Source: Epiperipatus broadwayi (taxonomy: Eukaryota > Animalia > Onychophora). Taken from it: a DNA stretch of 64,000 bases. A program made the translations under genes and the position numbers. Positions 51,801 through 64,000 of this stretch are shown piece by piece; position 1 is the stretch's first letter, and each line of letters opens with the position of its first letter. The stretch spans positions 9,858,001 to 9,922,000 of the forward strand of contig JAQFVV010000002.1 in assembly GCA_028023455.1 (NCBI GenBank). Direction: 5' to 3'. The notes beneath the pieces were generated by a model. It was given only the letters and a program-made list of their open reading frames with translations, was not told where the DNA came from and made no database searches.

Positions 51801-54800
51801 AGTCGAAAAATATTGCATCAAGTCAGATGGCACATGACTTAATTTAATAACCAATACATATTATGTTATGATCAATATTTATTAATAAAAACATGAGCTT
51901 TTATATATGATATACATGATGTCTATAAAGAAGGCTTGGAAGAAAATATAACAGACATCATGGTTTACTATATACTTCTCTAGTGGCATGACTTGTCAAC
52001 AATAAAAAAAATTAACATTTAATCTTTTAGTTCCATGCAATGCTATGTTCATCAAAAGCATGCTAAGCAGTGAATAAATTAAATTTATATAAATCTTCAA
52101 AACATTTATATAATTTTAAACATAATTAGATAAATTTCACAAAAGATTTTTTTTTCACTAATCAAGTCAAATCTTTTAGTTAACAAAAATACAATTAATA
52201 GAAGTTTTCAAAATTAATCTATAATAGAAGAAAAATATTTTAAAATTAATATTATAAAAAAAAATAATTGGCATATTTTTAAAGTACAAATTCAAATTAA
52301 TAAAAGTTTTTTTTTACCATCATTTAAAGAAATATTATGAAACATTATACAATAAATGAGAAATAGTTCAAAAAAATTTGTTTTAATTTATTTGAATATT
52401 ATATGTCAACCTATTATTTTTATAAAATGAAAATTTTGAATTAGTTAATACCATTAAATGATATTACATATAGAAAATGAATGTCACACTGTACATATTT
52501 TACATTTATATAACTTTTTAACATTGACTATTTTAGATGTATAGCATTATTTTATAACCATATAATTTAATATATTTTTGTTATGTAGTTACACTTCATT
52601 GTATTATACATTTCATATAATATTTTTTTCTATAATTTAGCATTCTCAAATGATAGTATGTTGTGTGCAAAAAATAAATTATTTTTTAAAAAATTATATT
52701 TAAATAATTTATTTAAATATTTTGACTGTTTTCTTATATAGTTTTTTTTTTATATTGTTTCTAAATATGTTTTAAGATTTAACTTTTATTATGATAACTA
52801 TGTTTTAATTACCAAAAAAACTAAAATATTTTTATTAGCTTACCTATTTTCTTTATTTTGATGCCAAATTTTTTTATAAAGGGTGGTGATAAAGATAAAT
52901 TTTGATTTTTTCAGATGATACACAGTTAAAAGATTGAATGCCATTGTTCTAATAAATGTAATAATATATGTAAATAAAATTATATTTATTTTACTAGAAT
53001 ATTTTTACTTGTTTAATCATGTTATACAACTGACAAATCAATTGAAATTATCCCTTTGTATTTAACTTTCTCTTTTAATTGTTTAAATATTTATGTTTAT
53101 ATAATTTTAAAACTAATTAATTATTACTTTACTTTTAAAATTATACATAAAATTAATATTAATATTTTTTATTTATCTCATTCAATCATTAATAATTTTT
53201 GATTTTTATCTTTTAAATTTTGAATTAATTTCTTTTAATAAATAATAACTTTTATATTTTTATTTTCTGTTTTATAAATCATCCATTGTTCTTATTTCAA
53301 AAATATGTTCAGTTTTTTTTTTGTATGAATATATTATTGATTTTTTTTTTATTATCATAAACAATGTTGTTTTATTTGTATCTACTCAATTTTCTATTTC
53401 TCCAATACATATATTTTTAATATTCTGTTGTCTTCATTTTTCACATATTATTTAACATATCCCATTTATTATATATTTATTGTTAATCTTTATTAGGCTT
53501 GTCATGTTTTTATCTTCTTTATTAATTAATTTTATATTCATTATTTTTATATGTCTTTTGTTTAATTTTCTGATTGTGTTATTAATTTTGTTTGTAATAA
53601 TACTATATTGTTCTATATTTTTCAAAACATTCATTAAATGTCAGTCTCTAGAAATCAAGATCTGTGAATTGCTACCTAGCTCACCAACATTTTCAGTGCC
53701 CAAATATTTTATGATCTTCTGAACAATAAAAGTCATTTGATTAATTTTTCCTTTATTTTTATTATTATTCAGTTTCTTTTCTTTTATTACATTTTCTATT
53801 TTATTAATATTGTTTTTTATTATATTAATTGGAAATTCCTTATAGTAAAGGCTTAATTATTTTTTATTTCTCTTCCTTATAGTTTTTCATTGGAACAATA
53901 TATTATAGCTCCATTTATTGTTGCTTTTAAACAATTTATTTTATGTATTTACTTATGTTAGAAGGTCAATACATTATAGTTTTATTCTTTTGTTTCCTTT
54001 ACATAATTTTATTCCAAAACTATTTTTAATTATTAATATCTCTAATTAATCATCTTCTTTCTTATAATGAATTTTATTGTTTTTTAAATTTTATTTATGA
54101 ATCCTATAAAATGATCAATTTACTTATCTAATTTTATAAATATGCAAATGTATCATTTATACATGTTTTATTTTTATATTAAAAAAAAAAAAAGACTGCA
54201 GATTTAGGGGAAATAGATGGAAATAAAATAAAATTGCTTGAAAAAGTAAGTAGTGGTCTTGCTGTATTTAACAGAGCAGTAACAGATAATAAATTCATTG
54301 ATTATACATAAAAAAAATTACCGACAAGCTACATTTAAAAATTCAAGGTTTTGCTTTTTTTTTTCTTTTCTGAATTTTTTTTAAAAATTTTTTGAGAACA
54401 ATATTTTTTATTTTGGCTATTTGATATATTTTATTTATAGTAAAATAAATTGGGTTGCAGAAAGAAGTTTGCTATTAACCAAAAAGAAATGTTTGATTTC
54501 TTTTTGAATCATTAAGTAAAATAAGCAGAGTAGATTCCTAATATCTACTCCATATGCTTTTATTGTTACAACTACTATTATCATGCACTTATTCACATGA
54601 TAAATAAACATGATTAGGCTTCTCACCACCATAAATATGAGCATTGATGAATTTACTGACTCTTACCACAGAATTTAAAACAAATAAAATAAACATTGAT
54701 TTTCTTTTTTAAATGCTTGTTTGTTTTCAATTGAAACATTGGTTGTGCATCCATGAAAATGGGTTGAATTGGTTCACATGTATGTGAATGCTTATTGTTT

Positions 54801-55199
54801 CATGAGATAGACAAAAATAAATTATGGAATTTTTTGGAATAAAATCATAGGATAAGGCAGCTAATAACTATAGAAATGTAGATTGTGCTAAGAATGCCAT
54901 GAATGTGACTGCTATTCACTGACAATTTTTCAATTCTTTTCAAATAAAGAAAGACTGCATACATTAAAAAAAGGTCTAAAACTGATATAGAAGCAATTAA
55001 TAAGAATGAACCTATGTTTTATTATAAAGCATTACCAATGAAATGCATTTCCATGCTAATTTCTTATAAATTTTGATAAAGTGGAATAATTAAGTAAATA
55101 TTATATGGTAATTATTTTCCATAATAAAACTTTATTTCTATTAACAATATAATTATACACATATACCCACATACATTATTTATACACATTTCAATTCCT

Positions 55200-57600
55200 T
55201 CCCTAACATTAGAAAATAAACTTTTATTTCACAAGAAATAATCTTGCAATCTTTTAGTTTTTTGCATTCTCGAACAGGTCTAGACAGAAATAATTCATTT
55301 CTATCCTTCTGCTTGATAACTTTCTTGTCTTCCTGTGAAGATTGTTTTGAAAATGACAAATCCACTTCTGGCAAAATCTAATTTATTTAATGAGCCACTT
55401 TTCTTAAATAAATGCTTCTAATTAATTAAACTTAAATCTGACAGCTCTTGTGCTGTATCAATACTTCCTGTTTTATTTTTTAGTGAAGTAGTATCATTTA
55501 ACCTTAAATTAGAACTAACACTTGGTTCTTCTAATAATTCTGGTTAGCGAACTCTCATTCTTCTACCATTTGAAGTTTACCCTTCTTTTAATTGGCTTGA
55601 ATTAATGCTAATTATTATTCCTGGAAATCTTTTTTTTTAACACGTCACATAAACAACTGTCATCACCAACTTTATAGCTTTATTTATCCAAATCAATTTG
55701 CCTTGATGCACTATTATTTAGCACTAGTACAGACAATGGGTTCAGCAATTTTGGCATAATACCATCTCAGTCACTCTTTTTAGTGAATGCACATGGAGTG
55801 AAATCTTGATGGAAAATAGTGCCGATCAAAGTTTCTTAATATTATTATATGAATTTTTTTAGCACCTGTTTTAAATGCTGTACTGCTTTTTTTATGAGAT
55901 CATTAGATTCTGGGCATATGAGGATGTTAATACATGATGAATTTTTCTAGTTGCTAAAAAGTCTTTAAACAAATCAGACACAAAAACAGTTCTATTATCT
56001 GAAACAATAATTTTGGAGTAGCCATGATAAATAAAAATTTTATTTAAAGCTTTCATGGTGTTTTCTACACTTGTACTTTTAATTCTTTATATTCTGTCCA
56101 TTTTGAGTAGAAATCTATCAGTATAAGGAATTTATTTCCCTTAAATAGATCGGAGTTAACTATATGGAGTATTTTTCACAGCTTATTTGCTTTAAGTCAT
56201 AGCAGTAGACTGAGAGTCTTTACAACACTTGATAGTCTGTACAATCTGGCTAGCATGATCTTGCTGATACCATATCTTTTCCTCCTTGTGGCTTTTGATA
56301 CCATTGAAAATTGTCATTTTTTCTCATTATTTGAAATCCTAGTGGTCAGTACCAATTTCTTCCTAAGACTGGTGGCAGATCTTTTTTCATTATATACAGT
56401 GGCGATTATTTTATTTCTGCTTTCATTTTAACCAGTACCATTACTTTACTTATCAATCCCAATTCCATTTACATTCATTGTTATAACCTTTGTTTTTTCT
56501 ATAGTAACCCTCTTTCTTGTCTTCTTTATTAATTTTGTTGAATCTTTTGCACAGCTGTTAATTTCCATATTGGTTTTTGCTAAGAATTTGTACGTTTGAA
56601 TAAATGTGTTTATTCTTTACACTGTTTATTATTTTTGCTTCAATTTTACTCTTGACTTCTCCTTCCCATGATTTGAAGTAGGTTGTGACCATTTTTCACA
56701 CATATATGGCATTTAGTATTTTTAAATTTACAGGCCTTCTTTAAATGTACTTCTCATTGCAACAAAGACTTCATAGGACTTTGACAGCTCATGGTCTAAA
56801 TATCAGCTTTATTTATCATCATTTTACATGTTGCTACAACTTTATTATTTTAAAATTTGGTGTTTTCCATGAGTAACTCTTGTATTATATATTTATTTCT
56901 ACCTGCTTAAATGTCAAGGCTACTTCACCAAGAAGAACTTGACATAACTTATTGTTAGTCATCCCTCAGAGTCATTGACCAAGAAACATGGCTTCCTATT
57001 CAACACTAAATTTATACCATTTTTGTAATCCCTGCAATGCTATAACCTTCTGTGCTTGTTTTCTATTTTTAAAATATAGATGTGATACTCAGTTAGACAT
57101 TGGCAGTAAGTAGGTCTCTAAATTTTTTTTAAACTCAAAGTATGCTATTTCTTCTAGAAGCTTCAATTTACAAAGTATTTTTTGTTATGTAGAACATCCT
57201 TGGCCAGCCACAATAGGGTCACTGCCTTTAGGTTATCATCCTCTATCTTATTAAATGAGTACATATCTCTATGTGCTCTGTATATAAAGATCAATTGCTG
57301 CAATCTAACATCAAATTCCTTAACATTATTGTAATATGCCATTTTCTCAGTTAGTTTAATTTATATACAAGCATTGCAGCACTTCCACTTACCATATTGA
57401 TATACTCCTCACCTATGGTAAATTTTTATTCATTTACAGGCTCTCTTTAGCTTCATTAACAACTGTTGCCTGTAATGTGAAATCATCTTCTGTACTTGAG
57501 ATCACCTATAATTTTCAGACATCTGCTGCACTTCAGGTTACTTCTCTACTGAAGCTATCTACTTTCCTTCAATCTCCTGTCAACTGCAACCACCTGCCAT
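55200..57600 (-). pseudogene. Decayed Gypsy-like pol remnant
   Basis: HGYSKIIVSDN..F..FL..IHHV, PESNDLIKKAVQHLK (integrase core) and RPVRECKKLKD tail, with weaker RT fragments near 57200-57400. Boundaries approximate. Confidence 0.72.
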
Positions 57601-58149
57601 GTATTCCAAAAGTATATGCATACCAGCCAGGTTGCAATTAAATAAACAATTCAAACAAAATAAATGTGTTTATATTTTATTAATAAATAAAAATATATAT
57701 ACACTGGTAAATGAAATTAAACATTAATCTTTGAAAAGACATTGTCCAATGTAAATATCTTTTGTAGTGTACACACTATTTGAAAATAAGAAAATCTACC
57801 TCTGATTTTCTAAAGTTTTGTACACTTGCTTACTCCATCTGGTGCGACATTTTTAATGTATGAGTTCTACATATATATAGTTTATTTGCATAAATAATAA
57901 AATTTAAGTTCAGTCCATCCTAATTTCTTGTAAATTTTGGTAGAATGAATAATAAAATAATTATGCAATGTTGTGCAGTAATTATTTTCTATAATAAAAC
58001 TTTACTTACATTAACATTGTCATAAATACAAATATATTTACACATTTATTATTTATAACCATATACACATTTCATCTACTTAATTGTATTAAAATACAAC
58101 TTGGACATCCTACTGTTGTAACACAAAAGCATTAAACTATTTTCTATTA

Positions 58150-58500
58150 GTATGTTGTGTAAAATTCTAAAATTCAATTTGCTGGATTATGTCCCATTAG
58201 TATAAAGTCTTATCTTCATTGGATTAAACATTTGAAACAACTATGAGACTTCCTAAAAAATATTTTATAATGAACTTATTCATGACTCTTATGGAAAGGG
58301 CATGCACCAAGATTATTTCAAAGATATTTTATAGAAAGCAATATTAATTGTTTTTATTTGGAGGATATGGCTGACGATGTAGTACATTGGAGAGCTGCAA
58401 ATATTCATGTGTTGAAGTCGTTCAAAAGTAAAGTTTTCTGCAGACGAACTTAAAATCAGCATTGCAAAATATCAAATAAACATAATAATAAATCAATATA
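58150..58500 (+). pseudogene. Possible 3' fragment of an RTE-like LINE
   Basis: RLPKK.FYNEL...GKG...YFKDI resembles RTE C-termini and is followed by a (TAA)n-like tail. Confidence 0.35.
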
Positions 58501-61456
58501 CTTTATATGCAAACAAATTTGTGGTTCACAGATTAGTTTATACAGTAATAATAAAAAAACATCACTAGCCTATTTTGTTGTTGTTTTAACTAAACTTATT
58601 TTTAACTTTCCATTTTTGTTTTTCTCCTAAGTTTTTCCCTTGTGGAGTTAAAATAGCTCTATTTGTTAATAAGCATTTACGTGTTCTGTGGCCTAGTTAT
58701 AATTGCTTTGTATGTTTATATGTGAAATTTTGTTTTAAAAAAAATTAAATGTACAGAAAAAGTATTATTGTTATTAATAAAAAATAAAAAGAACATTTTG
58801 AAAATTGAGTTGTGATTGTACAACCACTTAAATACTAAAAAAAAACAAGTAAACTATATAAAATTATAAAAGCAAAATATAAACTCCTAAACAATGCAAA
58901 TATATATTTATTATGGCAATATATAAAATTAGATTTATCTTTGTCAAATAATATATGTTAAGAGTTTTAATTTGTTTAGATCCTCTAATCTTATTTATTA
59001 TAAAAAAAGAATGTTATAGAACAAAGCGTTTATAAAAAAAATTTAATAACTTTTATAACGTATAAAATAATTTTTGAATTAAAAAAACAATTCTTAATTG
59101 AAACAAACGTTTATATATATAATTTTAGCTTCAATCCATCTCAAAAATTGAAAAACAGCAATAACAAAATTAATATTAAAATATTAAATTTTCATATACA
59201 GTATATATATATATTTTAAGAAATAGAGTTGTAAAATATAACAAACAAAAAAAAATACTAATAAGAAAAAATAAATACAAAAACATTTTAAGGCATCAAA
59301 TAGCACTCTGGAATAGAAGAACATTAAAAAAAAAAAAAATGTAGTAAATCTGTCAGATTTCATAAGAAACAAATTTAATGTCATAATATTTGGTGATTGT
59401 AGACTTATATTGAAAATAAGCTAGAAAACAGGATAAGAAAAAAAAGTTTATTTTTTATTTCAAGATAAAAACTGAAGTCGATAGTTTATGATGTTATTCT
59501 TATTCAGACAAGTTAGCTAATTTATTTACAGCTGTAACTGATAAATCATTGAGAAATACAGTAGACCAATGTAATAAAAGTAATAACTTGTGAATAACTT
59601 CATTCCAAAACAATGTTATCGCTTTTATACAACAATTCTACTGAATTTTATGAGAATAGTAGTAGTTATTTTTTATTTGCAATATATATATATTATTAAT
59701 GCACTACTATCTAGTATCGGAAAATAAAAATATTTCATATTAGAGCTTAATCAATTATCAATAGAAACTAAACAGTGTGATTATATTAACTTTATAATTA
59801 AAATATATACAAAAATCTTTTACATTAAAAACATATATATTACTAAAATTTACAGGTTTTTTTAAAACTCCCTTATAAAAAAATGTTTTCAATATGCGTA
59901 TAGCTAGCGTAGACGTAGAGATTTTATTGACAAAAGCTTGCATTAAGTTTCATATTTCACAACTTTTATATTACCTGCTTTAGTATAAAGTATTTTTAAG
60001 CAATACCTATATTTGAGTAAATATATTAATGGAATACTTACTTTTTTATTGAATACCCTTCTTGTTGTCAATTAATTGTTTATGAAATGCTCTTGTATTG
60101 ACGGTTGTGCTGTATAAAAGATTGTTTAGTAAATTAACAATAAATAAGTACATTCCATTATTATTGAAAATAATTTACGTTTTAACAAGTAAAGAAACGT
60201 TAACATAATAAAACATGAAACATACAACTGCCTGCATTTTATAAAACATTTGCAGTTTTTTTTTGCCCAAAATAAAAACAATAAATAATTTGATGTTTTA
60301 ACATCATTTCACAAGTGAGCTCTTTATTAGTTTTTATCTCAATGGAAAATGAAAAAAAAAAAACATTGCTGCCTTAAAAATATTAGAAGTAAACAAGTCA
60401 TCTATTAAAAATTTTAAAAAGATAAGTTTTTAATTTTGAAATTAGCGATAATTAAATAATAAATTTTATTGTTGCAGTAGAATAAATTATATTTATCAGA
60501 ATTAGTATTGTCATTAAAATTATTTAGTTTTTGGATAAAGAAATATATATATATTGCTTGTTATTTTTCTTTTTTCTCTTCTTATTAGTTCTTCTAAATA
60601 ATACCATCATATAGATAGATTATTGTAAATCCAGGGTACTTTAGTATTAACTAAGCTATGACGTACTACACAACCCACTGGTAGATATCATCGAAGAAGA
60701 ACCAAAACAATGTCATGGCCACTGAAACATTGGCATGACTAATTGATAGGAGTGGTCAAGATGTCACCTTCGAGATTTTCAATACTTGGGTGAATTCTGG
60801 GTAAATTGTCTTTTACCTGCTTGCACTGACCAAGTGAGAGGCGTTTTTTACTGTGTCTGATCCACCATTTTTAATATTTTGTAAGATTTGAATATTTTGA
60901 TTGCTTATTTTATATTTTGATCATTGAACTATTACTGATTTCCAAATAATAAAAAAACATATATATTTGATATCTGATTACTATCAGTTCAGTAAAGGGC
61001 ATTATGATCATGACCATGTATTTGTATTATATCATTAAGAAGAGAGCACATTGTGCAATCATGCCAAATTTTATTTTAAAATTCAATCATGAAATATTGA
61101 ACAAAATTAATCACCACTAAATAATAATGCAAACATATTTCACTGAATTTTCTTATAAATATAACTTTAGAAACTAGATATCAATGCAAACATACTTCAT
61201 TGAACTTTCTTATAAACTTTAGAAGTTTGGCAATATAATGTCTTTATCGAATAATTGGAAAAGAGATATGCTGAACATTATAGAATATAAAAATATGCTA
61301 AACAAACAAAAAAATCAGCTTATATATACTTCTAATATTGTTCAGTTTATTATATCATTTGTTTTTTTTATCAGTTTATCTGAACTTTTACTAAGCTGCT
61401 CTTAGGCAAAATAGGAACAAGTTACTATCCACATTTAATACCTTATACAAGAATAT

Positions 61457-63555
61457 ACAATCATTGCATGATAATATGCATTGTAAGTTTTGATTTTATC
61501 AGTGCATCATTTATCTTTAACTCAATCCTATTACAATCATCTATCAGCCTAGTAGTCTGATCAACCTCCCACACTACAGATATATTAGGAATATACACTT
61601 ATTTAAGTAAGGCCTGTAGCACACATTACAATTTTAACTTCATATACACATTATTTTTTAGATATTTAAAATTAATTTCATATATAAATAGCTTTTTTAA
61701 AAACTGCTCTTCTATCCCCCGTTATTGAAACATATGATCAAAGACGTGAATTAGATAGATGATCCAAAAATACACATTTTGTGCTGAACCAGAACTCATC
61801 AGTTGGCCTAGATCACAACCTCTTACACATATATTCATCATATATAAATTATTATTTTTGGGGTTAAACCATATGTTATTTTCTATTACCGATATTTCAA
61901 TGAACTAGCATCTGCCATTATCAGGGTCAACTTTTGGAAGAAAAATCATTAGATCTCAAACAGTAACATGATTGAGTGTGAGCTGAGAAATGAGATTCAA
62001 CTTGAAGTAGTTCAGCATTCAAAATATGAGGCTTATCAAAATGTTTATTTCCCTCAGTTTTTTCACCTATTAATTTCTCATTTTGCACTCACTCATGTTA
62101 CTGTTTGAGATCTAACAATTTTTCTTTCAAAAGTTAACCGTGATAATGGCAGGTGCTAGTTCATCGAAATATCGGTATGTAATGGAAAATAACACACTGT
62201 TTAGCTCAAAAAAATAACAATTTATCTATGTCATACAACCGTGAAAACATTATATATATATATATTGTGACCTTCTGGTTTGGCACCAGAAATATTATTT
62301 GTAATTGTATGGTATTATATCAGTAACATCTGATATTATATTCTTTTAAAAAAAATGAAAGAACGTGAAATTTTTAAAATGTTTTATTTAAGGCTTAAAA
62401 CTGTGATTAAAAGTAAGTGGAGATGTAGTTTAAGAATTATTAGATGTTTGGTAGCTTACTTTAGGTATAAGTAATGATAGGATAGGGGTGGCTTGTTATA
62501 AACATAGTCAGTTCAGTCAAGTTGATGCTAACTTCTTTTTTGTTCACAGATAAATATTTAGACTTATTTGAGTGATTCTCTAGCTCATTTGCTTTGCATA
62601 TTTTAATTTATAGTATGAACAGTGAAATATGTTTCACTCATCATCATTAAAATAGCCATTTAGTCATATCAGTTTAGTGTCTATAGTGCATTATTAGTAA
62701 ATATTCATGTATGTCAATATCATTATTCAACTTCATTTTTCATTCATATGCTTCATTAAATCATTAAATATCACATTTCATATCCCAGTATTTAATTTCA
62801 TAAATAATAGTGTTTAAAACCAGCTTAATTACCTTTTAAGTGAATTAATTGAGCATTGGATTAATGAATTATACTAAAAATATTTTATTTATTAAAACAA
62901 GTGTTATTAGTTTTTATTCTGTTGTCTTAAAGTACAGAATATTTAATCCTTAGTTCAATTTAATATTAATATTTTTTATTTATTTATTTAAAAGACAGAA
63001 TACCCCCCCCCACACACATACAATCATTATCAATATTATGAATTGTAATTTATTGGTGAATGATACACTGATAAAATCAAAACTTACAATGCATATTATT
63101 ATGCAATGATTGTGTACCCAACCACAGAATATTAAAAGTAGATAGAAACTTGTCCCTACTTTGTCTGAGAGTGGTATAATAAAAGTTCAGATACCCTCAT
63201 AAAAAACAAACGATTTATAAATATTATAGTACAATAATTGCATAATGTGTAAGAGAATATTATCTGGATCAACTGATGGGTGCTGGTTCAATGTGAAATG
63301 TACATCTTGGGGATCATGTATATTTTTCATATATCTTAGATCATATGTTTTAATAATGTGTGACAAAAAGATTTTTAAAAAATCTATGTATATATGAAGT
63401 TAAGTTTAAATTGTAATGTGCTATAGGGCTTCCTTGAATAAGAGTATATTTGTAATGTATCCATAGTGTGGGAGGTTGATCTAACTTTTGGGCTGATAGA
63501 TGGTTATGATAGAATTGAACTAAAGATAAATAATGCAATGATAAAATCAAAATTT
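61457..63555. repeat. Composite long inverted repeats (non-autonomous DNA element-like)
   Basis: 61457-61510 is inverted at 63059-63113, and 61490-61670 is inverted at about 63375-63555. Confidence 0.7.
61874..62194. repeat. Fold-back element with about 115-bp arms
   Basis: TGTTATTTT..CCGATATTTC..GAACTAGCA..TTAGATCTCAAACAGTAACATG and its inverse. Confidence 0.85.
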
Positions 63556-64000
63556 ATTATAGGTTTATATTCTCAGCATTACATATTTGATAAATGTGCT
63601 CATTATACAGTAAATTATACTATATAAAAAATAATATTTAACATTTTTTTTTTATATTATGAAAAAATTCAAATATTTGATTTTAAATATTGCTTTCTTT
63701 AATAAAACTTTTGAATTTGTTTTGCTTCCACCAGACTTTTAACATTTGAAGTTATGCAAAACTTTTTCCAAATTTGAGTCCCTCAGACATGATCTTATTT
63801 TGTTTTTTTTATTTTATCATTTTTATAGTGAAAACAATTTACATAAGAAAACTGCAAGGCTTTAAAAAAAATGTACAATTACATAGTGTTATTTTAAAAC
63901 AATTATGGTATTACTCAGGATTAGTCTTCAAAGTTATATAGGTATGAAATAATTAAAATATCTACTTATATATTAAATGCCGACCCACTTTTTTTAGTTG

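Noticed and set aside
53400-53900. IKYLG plus K/N/I-rich ORFs as a LINE RT remnant
   Set aside because: One short motif in extremely AT-rich sequence is too little to call.
54190-54310. Protein-like frame TADLGEIDG…DNKFIDYT
   Set aside because: About 36 codons, unrecognised, with no splice support.
60620-60900. Locally GC-richer block as a host exon
   Set aside because: No long open frame or recognisable peptide, and no convincing splice pair.

Overview
AT-rich eukaryotic (probably invertebrate animal) intergenic or intronic DNA. No host gene is recognisable, and the window is almost entirely transposable elements. It holds a young near-intact Ty3/Gypsy element (284-4680), a full-length RTE LINE (7123-10419), a Penelope-like element (PLE, 18086-21511) and older PLE remnants. 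It also holds nested decayed Gypsy elements (23.7-36.3 kb), a hAT/Buster element (44944-48085) and several fold-back repeats. Three self-cleaving ribozyme types can be folded by hand. The first is an HDV/CPEB3-like ribozyme starting exactly at the TSD-defined 5' end of the RTE. The second is a minimal hammerhead with a U3-A8 core in the PLE 3' region. The third is a ~460-bp non-coding repeat family carrying an extended type I hammerhead and a tRNA-like segment, with 10 full-length hammerhead motifs at 4 loci (some decayed). Three of those loci have 11-14-bp TSDs and an inverted 5' end, the same architecture as the PLE (13-bp TSD, inverted 5' arm). This suggests a non-autonomous retrozyme, possibly with a circular RNA intermediate, mobilised by the PLE machinery. 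All folds and alignments were made by eye; no searches were run.
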